Shown piece after piece: positions 1 to 12,513 of a stretch of 64,000 bases of DNA. The translations under genes and the position numbers were made by a program. Numbering within the stretch: position 1 is the first letter of the stretch; each line of letters begins with the position of its first letter. This stretch comes from Mobula hypostoma (taxonomy: Eukaryota). The notes below the pieces were generated by a model. The model saw nothing but the letters and a program-made list of their open reading frames with translations. It did not search any database and was not told the DNA's origin. The stretch lies in contig NC_086108.1 in the NCBI RefSeq assembly GCF_963921235.1, positions 114,702,001 to 114,766,000 of the forward strand. Direction: 5' to 3'.

Positions 1-589
1 GGTCCGTAATGGATGCCGCTGCCTTCAGGCATTGCCTTTTGAGGATGTCCTCAATGTTGGAGAGGCTAGCACCCAGGTGGCTGAGGTGGTTGAGCTTATA
101 ACCTTCTGCAGTTTTTTCCGATCCTGTGCTTTGGAGCCTCCACACTGGACGGTGATGGAACCGTCTGAATGCTCTCCACTGTACATCTGTTGATCTATGT
201 ACACAGTATCAGGAGAAAATTACTCCTATCATAAGTCCAAACAACTGAATGTTCTGGCCTTTTCTAAGTTCCTGTATTTGTCTCTGTAAATGTTGGATAT
301 TTGCCCTTTTTCTCCCAAGCTTCCTCCATGGATTGGTCAATACCTTCAAACCACTAACCCGGCTGTTTCAATGAAGATGAGGTCTGACTTCTAAAGGCTC
401 CATCCTCCAAGGAACCTGTGGTTCGATGTATGGTGTCCATTCCTACTGGCTGCCCTTATTCATCAGTCAGCGATCAAACAGAGTGGGCTGTCCTTCTGTA
501 GAAAGGGGGAGTGTTGACTAGATGGAGTAAAAACATAAAATGCTGGAAACATTCAATGGGTCAACCAACATTTGTGGAGAGAACACAAA

Positions 590-3110
590 AGGAGCAAGAA
601 TAGGCTACCAGTCCCTCAAGCCTTCCTTGCCATTCGAAATGATCGTGGCTGATCTACAGAGGCCTCAACTCCTCCTCTGTTCCCCACCACCTTCAATTCT
701 ATGATCTATGTGCAACTTAAATGTATTTAATAATACAGCCATGGGGACAGAGAATTCCAGAGATTCACTACTCTACCCCACACCTCAGGTTAAAATGACT
801 GGCTGTTTATTGTGTACCCCGTTCCCTTGTTTGTGACTCTTTCGTTGGTAGAATCATCTCAGTGTTGATCCTGTCAAGCACCCCCTTAGGATTTTGTGTT
901 TGAGTCAAGTCACATTTTGTTCTTCACATCCCCAAAGAATACCAACCCAGTCTCTAACCTCTTCTGACAACTGTCCCATCCCAGGAATTAGCCTGGTGAA
1001 TCTCCTTTGAACTGCCTCCATCATTTTTTTTCTCTCATGAACCTTCTCTGCCTCCTCTCCAATGCCAGCATATCTTAGATTAGGAACCCAAAACTGGTCA
1101 CAATACTCCAAGTATGATCTGATCAATGCCTTATAAAACCTAAGCACTATATTGTTGCTTTTGTATTCAGTCCTCTTGAAATGAATGCTAACATTGCATT
1201 TGCCTTCCTTACCGCCAGCTTGACCTTCAAATTAACCTGTGGGGAATCTTGCATGAGGACTCCCAGGTTCTCCTGCACCTCTGGAGTTTTGAATTTTCAA
1301 AATACTATAAAATAGTCCACACCTTTATTCCTTGTGCCAAAGTGCATGGCCATGCATTTCTCTACATTATATTCCATCTGCCACTTCTTTGCTCATTACC
1401 TCAATCTATGTCCTTCTGCAGACACCATGCCTCCTTAACACTGCCTGCCCCTCCCCCATCTTCGTATTGTCCGCAAACTGAGCTCCAAATCATCAAATCC
1501 TTCCTCCAAGTCATTGACAAACAAGGTAAAAAAAAAGTCCCAACACTGACCCATGCGGTACACCATTAGTCACTGAGAGCCACTTAGAAGATGCCCCCTT
1601 TATTCCTACTTTTTGTCTCCTAAAGATCATCCAATCTTCTACCCATGTTGGTACCTTTCTTGTAATACCATGGGCTCTTGTTACACAGCCTCGTGCAGCA
1701 CTATGTCAAAGACCTTCTGAAAATTCAAATAAACATCCACTAACTCCTTTGTCTATCCTGCTTGTTATTTCCTCAAAGAATTCCAACAGATTTATCAGGC
1801 AAGATTCCCCCTTTAGAAAACCATACTGACTTTGGCCTGTTTTATCCTGTGCCTCCAAGTATCCCAAACTTCATCTTTCATAATGTTTCCAACCACTGAA
1901 GTTAGGCTGACTGGCCTATAATTTCCTTTCTTCTGCTTTTCTCCCTTCTGGAAGAGCGGAGTGACATTTGTAATTTTCTAGTCCTGAGGAACCATTCCAG
2001 AGTCTAGTGATTCTTGGAAAGCCTCCACATTCTATTCACCCTCCTCTTTCAGAACCCTGGGGTGTGGTCTATCTGGTTGATATGACTTGTCTACCCTCAC
2101 TTTTAAAGGCCAATTTATACTTCTGCGTCAAATCTACGCTGTAGCCTGACGCGCGCCTCCCCAAAAGGTAACTCGCAGCGACACAGACCACAACTGTGAT
2201 TGGTCCGCTTGGTAGCATCGCATTTCCTCCTACGCTGCAATAGCTTGCCATTGGGCGACTGAAGGGCAGGGAAGGAACTCTGGCTGCAATGCTTTCCATA
2301 AAGCTTTACAGACCTCTGAAATTATGGAGGACCCTGTGCTTAACGCCAGTTTGTAGTTAGCTGCTACAGCCTGTTGACCTTCACCTGAAGCTAAAGCTCA
2401 AATGGTGATTGCCAGTCTCTGAGTATACTGTGTGTACACTGATGCAAAATAAATGGTTGGAGATGATGAACCAAATCGTCAAAGAATATTTGAAATGCAT
2501 TTCCTCGTCCATGTCTCTCAGTGGCCGGGCAAGCACGGAAAATTCACCCTCTTTCAGTTTCAGTTGCCATTGTTTGAAGTTTGAGTTCAACACTAAGAAT
2601 CTCAACACAGTGGCAAAGAAACCGCACCTCCAACTAGCATTTTGGTGGTGAATCGCAGAGCGACGCAGACACACCAATGCACAGGTATTAATGCTCACAA
2701 TGGCGTAGGCTACTACGCAGAAGTATAAATCAGCTTAACTTTCCAAGCACCTCCTGTTTAGCAATAGCAATGACACTCACTTCTGTCCCCCGACACTCTC
2801 ACATTGCTGGCATTCTGCTAGTCTCTTCTAGAGTGAAGACTGTTGCAAAATACTTTATAAGTTTATCCACCATGTGTTCATACCTTTCCAACAGCATTTT
2901 CCAGCAATCTGATATCCATTCTTGTGTCTCATTTACTCTTTATATATCAAAAAAACTTTTGGTATCCTTTATTATTACTGACTAATGTTCCATAATATTT
3001 CATCTTTTCTCTTTAAGGCTTTGGAGTTGTCTTCTGTTTTTTTTAATGCTTCCCAATCCTCAAATTTCGGACTAATTTTTGCTATATTACATGCCTGTCT
3101 ATTGCTTTCG
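590..3110 (-). mobile_element. Degenerate CR1 LINE (RT C-terminal part and 3' end), interrupted by a Harbinger MITE
   Basis: ORF 905-1147 (LRFYKALIRSYLEYCDQFW...VQRRFTRLIPGM) is CR1 ORF2 C-terminal sequence; many stops and frameshifts. Confidence 0.8.
2107..2735. mobile_element. PIF/Harbinger-type MITE, copy 1
   Basis: Termini aggccaatttatacttctgcgt ... acgcagaagtataaatcagct; flanked by TAA at 2104-2106 and 2736-2738; shares internal sequence with 47738-48253. Confidence 0.8.
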
Positions 3111-5529
3111 TGCTGTTTTATACAGTAATCCACTTTGTGATCCCCTTTACTGAAGTGCGTTTGTCTGTGTTACTGCGCTTGTACAAAATGAAAAACTGCT
3201 GAAGGTCTTTTGTGCAGAAGTGTGGCTCCAGGGCAAGACACAGGAATTGCACTATATTTTTTTAACTTTCAATGCAATCATAATTAAATGTGCTGCATGG
3301 TACTGTGTTTTGCACCTTGGCTCTGGTGGTAGACTGTTTTGTTTGGCTGCATTCATGTGTATGGTTAAATGGCAATTAAACTTGAACTTGATCACCTCAC
3401 ACTTCCCCACATTTTGCAGGTTTTCACCCAACCACTCCATTGACATGTTTGGTTCAGAATCACAGCATGTGTTGCCACCTATTTTCATATCAACGGCAAA
3501 TTTAGAAACCTTTTATTCCCTGTAAATAGCAAGCAATTGAGGCCAAGAACTAATCCCTGTGGTGGTTCATGAATTACATCCCTTCAACTGAAAATGATTC
3601 ATTTATTCTAATTTTCTGTTTCCAACATTCCAGACAGTTGACAATCCAATCCACACTAACGCACTTCTGTAATATACTGGGCTCTGGATTTGCACCAATT
3701 TCATATGTGGCACCTTGTTAAATGCCTATTGGAAATCTAAACACACTCTATGTCTATCTCTTCTCTCTGTCATTATCTTCAAAGGACTGTAATAAATATG
3801 TTAAACATAATTTACATTAATTAGTTGGGGAACTGAGTTCATTAACCTCATGGTAATCATTTATTTTATTTAGCGATACAGAATGGTAACAAGCCAATGA
3901 GCCTGTGCCATTCAATTGCACATATGTGACCAATTAACCTGCTGTTTGCCAGAAGAAACTACAGTCTACAATTAGTGGATTTGATGAATCAAGGACAGAG
4001 CAAGCAAACAAACCAATTGTCTTTGGACTAAACACATTAAAGTTATTAAAACACATGTTGGTAAGGCAAATGAAATATTGAGTTTTGGAATTGGGGAACA
4101 AATGTTCAAGTGCATCTGTTGGTGAGGATAGTATCACATGCTGGTGTAATACTCAATTTGTGTAGCCTGATAATTGTATTGCTCAATGTATAATCAACTG
4201 AGAAGATGGAAGGCTGAAATAATGGAAAAATCGAGGATAATGCTTTCATGAAACATCAGAGATGATTGTTAAAATGGATGAATTTAGTAAGGGAAATGCT
4301 AATATTTGTAGAATTTACGTGTTTATATTTATAGAATTTAAGTGTTGCACACCCACTAGGGTTCCATAGTAGTCATATGGGCAGAGAACTGAATGAAAGG
4401 AGGATAATGATCCTAAGGTAAATATCTTTGGATTGAGAGGAGGGAGATGTTTGTCAGAAGAAACTACAGTGTACAGTTAGTGGATTTGATGAATCAAGGA
4501 TAGGGGAAGCAGACAAGCGAATTGTCTGATTTTTCCCCCCCATTTTGTGGACTCTGAACTGATTATTGCTATGGGATAATCTAATCAGAGTAATTGAATG
4601 TGGTCACAATGGCCTGCTAAACGAAAGGCCACTCTCAGATGAGTAGCTTGTAATTATGTAAAATGCCGGATCTACCAAAAAAAAGCAATCTGTAATCTTG
4701 TTAGACTATGCCTGGGTTGCCTCATTTAACTGCTTTGGACCATCAGAGTGTAAAGACACAAATACACAAGGCTGGGGTGGGCAGAACCATGAGACAATGT
4801 TGATTGTAGCCCTGGACTACCATCAGGAAGAAGGTGACCTTGAGCCAATGGGATGGAGATCCACCAGTTCAACTGATGAGGAACACTATAAGAATCTGGA
4901 GCTCGAAATACACAGGGCGATAACTCTCCAGCAACCAGAGACCAACCCTTGTAGATAATGAGAACCCCACGGACACGTCAAAAATGGGACCATGCCTGGC
5001 CAGTGTGGACTCCTTTCATGGGTAATACCTTTTCTCTTCATTGACTGTTCATGGGGGGTTAGGGATTTTAGTGGGGTGCACATAGGTAGTTTGTGAACCT
5101 ACATGCCTTTCAGTCGAGACAGTAAAAGTTACTTGTGTGTAGATTCTCAGTGCCTCACTGATCGTTATTACGAGGGGTGATCCTTGTAAGATTACTATCT
5201 TGTATGTTTTTGGAATGTGGGAGAAAACTGGAGCACCTAGAGGAAACCCACGTGGTCACAGGAAGCATGTACTCACTGGAGTTTAGAGGAATGAGAGGGA
5301 ATCTCATTGAACCCCATCAAATGTGGAGATGATGTTTCCTATGGCGGGGGAATCTAGAACCAGAGAACACAACCAAAAAACAAAGGAGCATCCGTTTAAA
5401 ATGGAGAGGACAATGAATTTCTTTAGCCAGTGTGTGGTAAATCTGTAGAAATCTTTATATATATTTAAAGTAAAGATAGCAAAGTAAAGTTATTGGGGTC
5501 TCCCTACCTTCTGTCCAAGACCTCTTTCA

Positions 5530-5922
5530 GAGTCGATGCCTCCAGAAGACACAGTACATCATTAAAGACCCCTCACACCCTCTCCATGAACTGTATGTTC
5601 TTCTGCCATCAGGCAAACGTTACAGGAGCATCAAAACTAAAACCACAAGACTACTAAACAGCTTCCTCCCACAGGCAGTCAGACTGCTAAATAGCTGCTC
5701 TACCTGACTCTGCTTTGGACACTTTTAACTTGCACTGGACACTTATAACTTGATTTTAACTGACATGTGGCTGTTGTGTTTTACTATTTATTGTTATGTT
5801 TATTATTTAGTGTTGCATTTGTTATGATATGATTGCACTGCTCCTGGGAAACGATGTCTCATTCTGCCCTGCAGAGCTGATGTACAGTTAGAATGACAAT
5901 AACGTTTTTTGAATCTTGAATC
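5530..5922 (+). mobile_element. Rex1/Babar LINE 3' fragment
   Basis: Encodes IIKDPSHPLHELYVLLPSGKRYRSIKTKTTRLLNSFLPQAVRLLN, similar to the end of the 13773-14147 ORF; short gaatctt tail. Confidence 0.8.
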
Positions 5923-7039
5923 TAGTCTTCACTAGTCAGGATAAAGGGATACCTGGAGATGGTCTGAGAGAAAAATGGATCAGCCATGAAGAAATGGCGA
6001 AGCAAATTTGATTGGCCAAATGGCCAAATTCTGCTGTACATCTTATGGTCCTATCTTTGAAGCTAATCTTTATCTTTAAGCCCCTCTCTTTGATTAGAGC
6101 AAATAGTACTGTGTATTGTTTCAGCTTTCATATTTGAAGAAATGGATATGGGGCATTGATATATTAAAAGATTTTCAAGGATGATATCAAAAGTGTGAGG
6201 TTATACATGTTTCAGTGGAGAGGCTTGTGAGTTTCTGTGATCCTGAGAGCAATGCTGTCTGCACTTTAGCCATCTGGCACTTTGTCTTTGGCAGGGTTCA
6301 CCCATGGCAGTAAGGAAAAGAGGGAGGTTCAGACAAAGAGTAATTCAACCACATCCTCAATTGTGGAGCTTCTGGAAGATGATGACATCCCAATGGAAGT
6401 GAAGGTGGAGGATGGCTGCAACAGTGAAGGGTCCCAATTCTGTGCCACTGGATCCTGGTCTGATCTGTTAAGGACCATGTGGTGGCTGCCCATGCCAGAA
6501 GGCAGTGAATCAATGGAATTCATTATCATGAAGGGTATGGTGACCAAGTCATTGGTTATATTTAAGATGGAGGATTGGTAAGGGTGTCAAGGTTGATGGG
6601 GAGAAGGCAGGAGAATGAGGTTGAGAGGGATAATAAATCAGTCATGATAGAATGGCAGAGCAGATTGGATGGGTCAAAAGGCCTAATTCTACTCCTTTGT
6701 TTTATGATCTTAATATGTGGACCCCAGATTGTCTTCTACAGCCACATGAGGACCCACCAATAGACAACCCCGGAGGAGAACATCATCATTGTTGTGAGTG
6801 AGCACATTACTATGGAGGTGTCCTGCACACTGAAAGCAGTACTGAGGCTGAGTTGACAAGGTCCTTTTGAATTAGTAATGGTCTCATGGTCAGTCACAGG
6901 TCCAGGTGGTGAATAGTTGAGAGCTTGCTTGAGCCAATCACTTGCTCCCTCTTCTGGATTCACATCCATGCCCATGTGTCCTGGAGAAGGAGCAGGTGGT
7001 GTCGGGGGATTTCCAGGACCAGTGCGTGTCACAGGGCCA

Positions 7040-7302
7040 CGGCAGTTAACACGACACTATTGCAGTTCGGGATGTTCTGGAGTTCAGAATTCAAGTCAGC
7101 AACAGTCTGTAAAGAGTTTGTATGTTCTCCCTGTGACCTTGTTGGTTTCCTCCCACAGTCCAAAGACATACCAGTTAGTAGGTGAATTGGTCATTGTGAA
7201 TTGTCCTGTGATTAGGCTATGATTTAAACGGGCATGCTGCTGGGCAGCACAGCTTGTAGTGCCAGAAGGGCCTTTTCCCTCTGTTCTCAAAATAAATAAA
7301 AA
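7040..7302 (+). mobile_element. tRNA-derived V-SINE-like element
   Basis: Contains the V-domain-like core gttctccctgtg...ggtttcctcccacagtccaaagacat and an A-rich tail (aaataaataaaa). Confidence 0.65.
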
Positions 7303-7571
7303 TTACTGTCTTACAAGTTGGAACTATTGACTGTATATCATGTATTATTACAATAAATCACAAAATAACTCTTCCCTGGAAAAAGGATAAAGAGGATTAG
7401 TAAAGGAGCTGGTGGAATTGGAGATCAAAACCTGGCTTTCTGAATATAAGACACTGATAAATCTCTGAAGGAATTTCAGAAAAGAAATTTACTTCAGAGA
7501 GTGGTGGGAATACAGAACTTGCTCCCACAGGGAGGGGTTGGGGTGGAGGAGGAAAACTGGAAAAACACAGT

Positions 7572-8638
7572 ACTGGGATGGAGATGCTGTTGTGTAATGG
7601 TGTCTGATTACTGGAGTGTCTTTGGATACTGTAGTGTAACAGAGGGACTGGGTTCCAGGGTGGCTGGGATGGAGATGGGATTGTGTAACAGAAGGTCTGA
7701 ATGCTGGGTGGCTGGGATGGAGATGAGATTGTATAACCGAGGGACTGGATGCTGGGTGGCTGGGATGGAGATGGGATTGTGTAACAGAGGGTCTGAATGC
7801 TGGGTGGCTGGGATGGAGATGGGATTGTATAATAGAGGGACTGGATGCTGGGTGGCTGGGATGGAGATGGGATTGTGTAACAGAGGGACAATGCTGGGGT
7901 GGCTGGGATGGAGATGGGATTGTGTAACAGAGGGACTGAATGCTGGGTGGCTGGGATGGAGATGGGATTGTGTAACAGAGGGACAATGCTGGGGTGGCTG
8001 GGATGGAGATGGGATTGTGTAACAGAGGGACAATGCCGGGGTGGCTGGGATGGAGATGGGATTGTGTAACAGAGGGATTGGGTGCTGGGGTGGCTGGCAT
8101 GGAGATGGGATTGTGTAACAGAGGGACAATGCCGGGGTGGCTGGGATGGAGATGGGATTGTGTAACAGAGGGACTGAATGCTGGGTGGCTGGGATGGAGA
8201 TGGGATTGTGTAACAGAGGGACAATGCCGGGGTGGCTGGGATGGAGATAGAATTGTGTAACAGAGGGATTGGGTGCTGGGGTGGCTGGGATGGAGATGGG
8301 ATTGTGTAACAGAGGGACTGAATGCTGGGTGGCTGGGATGGAGATGGGATTGTGTAACAGAGGGATTGGGTGCTGGGGTGGTAGGGATGGAGATGGGATT
8401 GTGTAATAGAGGGATTGGGTGCTGGGGTGGCTGGGATGGAGATGGGATTATGTAACAGAGGGACTGAATGCTAGGGTGGCTGGGATGGAAACAATGTGTA
8501 ACAGAGGGCCCGGGTACTGGGGTGGCTGGGAGGAGACGATGTGTAACATAGGGACTGAGTACTAGGGTAGCCGGGACGGAAGCAATGTGTAACAGAGTGA
8601 TTGAGTACTGGGCGGTGGGGATGGAGATGCTGTTGTGA
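7572..8638. repeat. G-rich minisatellite, 47-49 bp unit, about 20 copies
   Basis: Unit ctgggtggctgggatggagatgggattgtgtaacagagggactgaatg (48 bp) with 47- and 49-bp variants; degenerate at both edges; explains the repetitive ORFs at 7397-8763. Confidence 0.95.
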
Positions 8639-8760
8639 CTGTGTGCCAGTGCTGTGATTCTGGCTGCTCTCGAGTGTCTGGTTAACTTTAGCCCTGATAC
8701 CATGTTCCAGCTGTCACTTTCATCTCCCAAGCTTTTTTCTGTCCCATTATTGTATTCCGG

Positions 8761-8807
8761 CATTCCAGAGAGGGGCAGTGATTATTTTTAGCTTTGTTTA
8801 TCAGCTG
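8761..8807 (+). promoter_or_regulatory. Putative cardiac proximal promoter cluster of TNNI3K: MCAT/TEAD, MEF2, GATA, E-box
   Basis: CATTCCA 8761-8767; TTATTTTTAG 8782-8791 fits MEF2 YTA(W)4TAR; TTATCA 8798-8803 (TGATAA on - strand); CAGCTG 8802-8807; all 105-150 bp upstream of the ATG. Confidence 0.65.
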
Positions 8808-8911
8808 TTTCCTCAGTGAGGAGTAGAATTCTGCCGTCCAGGAGTGAGTGAGCAAGGCTTTGCCTCCCAGATCAACAAATCAACAGCGTTCGTCAGCAGA
8901 GGGCCTCTCTG

Positions 8912-8951
8912 ATGGGAAACTACAAATCCAGGCCAAACCAGACCTGCACAG
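8912..8951 (+). CDS. TNNI3K: TNNI3K coding exon 1 (MGNYKSRPNQTCT + G, phase 1)
   Basis: ATG at 8912 gives MGNYKSRPNQTCT, matching the recalled TNNI3K N-terminus MGNYKSRPTQTCT; GT donor at 8952 (G|gtataa); 40 nt coding. Confidence 0.93.
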
Positions 8952-10213
8952 GTATAAACACCTTTGTTCAACAATCTCTCATGTTTAACTGAAGGTTAAA
9001 GAGGTCACGGTGTGCTTAGTAAAAAGAGAAATCTCTAGAAACACTCGTTGGTATCTGTGGGAATAGAAACGGTGTTTATTTCAGGTTAATGGCCTTCACT
9101 AGAACTAAAATACAGGAAGCTATAAGAATGTTTATGTGGTGAGGTGCAATCACAATGTGGTGGCAATGGCAGACCCAGACCCAGCGAGGGAATGGGTTCC
9201 AAATAAGTCCAGGGAGGGTTTATGAGAATGATCCTGAGAACAAAAGGGTTAACATGTGAGGAGCGTTTGATAGCTCTGGCCTTTACTCGCTGGAGTTTAG
9301 AAGAATGATGTGGGATCTCATTAGAACCAGAATCAGATTTAATATCACCAGCATATGTCGTGAAATTTGCTAACTTGGTGGCGTCAGGACAATGAAGTAC
9401 ATAACATAGACAAAATAAGTGAATCAATTACAGTAGTATATATTCGTATATTAAACCTTTAAATCAAAAATTGTAAATGAGCAGAAATAGTTTTAAAAAT
9501 AGTGAGGTAGTGTTCATGGATTCAATGCCCATTTAGAAATTGGATGTCAGAGGGGAAGAAGCTTCCTGAATCATTGTGTGTGTGGCTTCAGTCTCCTGAA
9601 CCTCCTTCCTGACGGTAACAATGAGAAGAAGGCATGACCTGGGTGATGGGGTTCTTAATGATGGACACTGCCTTTCTGAGACACTGCTCCTTGAAGATGT
9701 CTTGGATACTACGGACACTAGAACCCATGATGGATTTGACTAATTTTATAACTCTCTGTGGCTTCTTTAATCCTCTGCAGGTTCCTGTTCTTTCAAACCT
9801 ATCGTATATTGAAAGGTCTAGACAGAGTGATACGGGGAGGGTGTTTCCAATAGTGGGGGAGTCTAGAACCAGACAGCACAGCCCTTTGGGATGTACAGTA
9901 CCTTTAGAATAGAGACGAGGAATTTCTTTAGGCCAGAGGATGGTGAATATGTGGAACTTATTGTCATAGATGGCTGTGGTGGCCTCGTTATTGGGTATAT
10001 TTAAAGCGGAGGTTGATAAGTTTTAGGTTAGTCGGAGCATGAAAGGTTACGGGGAGAAGCCGGGAGAATGGGGTTGAGAAGAATAATAAATTAGCCATGA
10101 TGGAACAGTGGAACAGGCTCGAAGACTTGAATGGTTTAATTCCGTTCCTATTTCTTATTGTCTTATATTTATTAATACAAGGTGTTCAGGAAAGATATGG
10201 CAGGGAAGAAAGA

Positions 10214-10217
<4 letters not shown>

Positions 10218-10258
<41 letters not shown>

Positions 10259-10410
10259 GCTGGAAGAACACAGCAGTCATACAGCATCTCTTGAGAAGGT
10301 TCTTGGTTCAAAACATTGACTGTTTATTCCTCTACGTAAAAATTGCTGAGTTCCTCCAGCATTTTGTGTGTGTTACTCTGGATTTCCAGCATCAGTAGAA
10401 TCTCTTATGC
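10218..10410. mobile_element. Short, old fold-back Penelope-like terminus with (CA)n microsatellite
   Basis: (ca)n-atgctggaagaacacagc on the left is the reverse complement of gctgagttcctccagcattttgtgtgtg on the right; decayed hammerhead-like remnant (ttgagaagg...aaaacattgact). Confidence 0.55.
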
Positions 10411-10726
10411 TTAAGAAAGGAGGGAATTGCTCTCTGAATGAAGGAGTGTTCTTCAAGTGGATGTGGGATATCCATGGGAGAATGTCCAGTGAAGATAGGT
10501 GCATGGAACTGAGAAATAAGAAGGGAGGGGTCATTTTGATTGGATTGTACAATAGCCCTACCCCACACAATACCCAATGAGAATTGGATTGCAGAGAAAT
10601 GTAAGAATAATAAGCTTGCAATAGTAATTTTACCTTCCCATATATTGACTAGGACAGCTGTAGTATTAAAGGATTAGATGGGTAGAATTTGATAATTGTG
10701 TCCAGCAGTTTTCTCAAGCAATATGT

Positions 10727-11162
10727 TGAGATGGCATGAACATTGATTTCTCTAAATTCCGGTAATCTCTTTCCCCTCTTCCCTTCTTTCTTTTCCCATT
10801 CCCCATTCCGGTTTCCCTCTCACCCCTTCTCTTCTCCTCACCTGCTTATCACCTACCTCTGACATCCCTCCTCCTTTCTTTTCTCCTAAAGTCCACTCTC
10901 CTCCCCTATCAGTTTCCACCTCTCCTGTCTTCTACTCGTGCCCCCCAGCTTCTCATTTCACACCCCCAACCCTCCTGCTTTCACCTATCATATACCAGTT
11001 CGTACTATTTCCCCTGTCCCCTAACCCCCCCCACGTTTTTATCTGGCATCTTCCCCATTCCTTTCTAGTCCTGATGAAGGGTCTCGGCCTGAAATGTCGA
11101 CTGTTTATTCCCCTACATAGATGCTGCCTGATCTGAGCTTCTCCAACATTTTGCGTGTGTTA
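10727..11162 (+). mobile_element. Older Penelope-like element 3' fragment inserted in a decayed CR1
   Basis: gatggcatgaacattgatttctctaaattccggtaa (DGMNIDFSKFR*, the GIY-YIG C-terminus) followed by a pyrimidine-rich UTR and the hammerhead motif. Confidence 0.8.
11067..11102 (+). ncRNA. Minimal type I hammerhead ribozyme motif (variant GAAAUGUC)
   Basis: agtc-CTGATGA-agg-gtctcgg-cct-GAAA-tGTC-gact; stem III C changed to T. Confidence 0.7.
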
Positions 11163-12513
11163 ATTTAGATAGCCCTCCTATAGAGGGCGAGGGGCCCACT
11201 GGACCTCCTATGAGGAAATGAGGCCGGGCAAGTGACTGGGGTGTCAGTGGGGAGCACTTTATCAGCAGTGAACTTTATTAATTTTAAAGTAGTTATGGAA
11301 CAAGATAGGACTGATCAACAAGTTAACATCCTATACTAGGGCAAGGTTAATCTTGACAGCATAAGACAGGAATTTACAAAGGTTGACTGGGGGAAGGGAT
11401 GTCCAGCAAGTAAGAGGCTTTGGAAAGTGAGAGAGGGAAATTTGAGGCCACCATGAAGGGCAAGTTTGGCTGATAAGGGCTCTGCTCAGGAAAAAGGAAG
11501 AAGCATATGACAGGTACAGACATCTGGGATCGATGAATCCCTTGAATGTAACAGATAGAAAATGGAACAGTTCAGCAACAGTACATGACCTTTGGCCACG
11601 ATGTTATGCCAACCTTTTAACCAACTCCAAATAGGAGTACAGGGTGTAGGGGCAGACTGAAAGAAATAAGGAGGGTTAAAAAGGGACATAAGATAAATTT
11701 GGTAGATAAGGTAAAGAAGAATCCTGAGAGGTTCTATCAGTATGTAACTAGGCAAAGAATGCAGGTAAGTGCTGTTGCTTCTGTAGAGCCACAGGGAATG
11801 AGTGAGGTGTTAAGTATGTACTTCTCATCTGTATTTAAGACCGTTAGACCATAAGACATAGCAGCAGATTTCGGCCATTTGGCCCAGTGAGTTTGCTCCA
11901 CCATTCAATCATGGCTGATCCTTTTTCCCCTTCCTCAGCCCCGCCCCCCGGCCTTCTCCCCATAACCTTTGATGCCGTGTCCAATCAAGAACCTATCAAG
12001 CTCTACCTTAAATAGCCCCAACAATCTGGCTTCCACAGCTGCCTGTGGTAATAAGTTCCACAGATTCACCACCCCCGGCTAAAGAAATTTCTCCGCATCT
12101 CTGTTTTAAGTGGAAGCCCCTCTAGCCTGAGGCTGTGCCCTCTTGTTCTAGATTCCCCCACCATGAGAAACATCCTTTCCACATCTACTCTGTCTAGGCC
12201 TTTCAACATTTAAAAGGTTTCAACGAGATCACACTTCATCCTCTTAAATTCTGTCAAGTACAAATCTAGAGACGTCAAACGTTTCTTGTATGATAAACCT
12301 TTCATTCCCAGAATCATTGTAGTGAACCTCCTCTGAACCATTGCCAGTGCAAGCATATCTTTTCTGAGATAAGGAACTCAAAACTGTTCACAATACTCAA
12401 GGTGAGGCCCCACTAGTGCCTTATAAAGCCTCAGCATCACATCCCTGCTCTTGTATTCTAGACCTCTTGAAATGAATGCTAACATTGCATTTGCCTTCCT
12501 TACCACTGAGTCT

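Noticed and set aside
1..7500. FPGT or another upstream neighbour gene, as in the mammalian FPGT-TNNI3K locus
   Set aside because: No recognisable coding exon; the region is decayed repeats. The window is too short to say anything about synteny.
7397..8763. Long ORFs (up to 424 aa) on both strands upstream of TNNI3K
   Set aside because: Products of the 47-49 bp minisatellite, with frames shifting between units.
9066..9110. Additional hammerhead on the minus strand (ctagtga-agg-ccattaa-cct-gaaa)
   Set aside because: The CUGANGA core is mutated and there is no stem III or cleavage triplet; at most an ancient PLE remnant.
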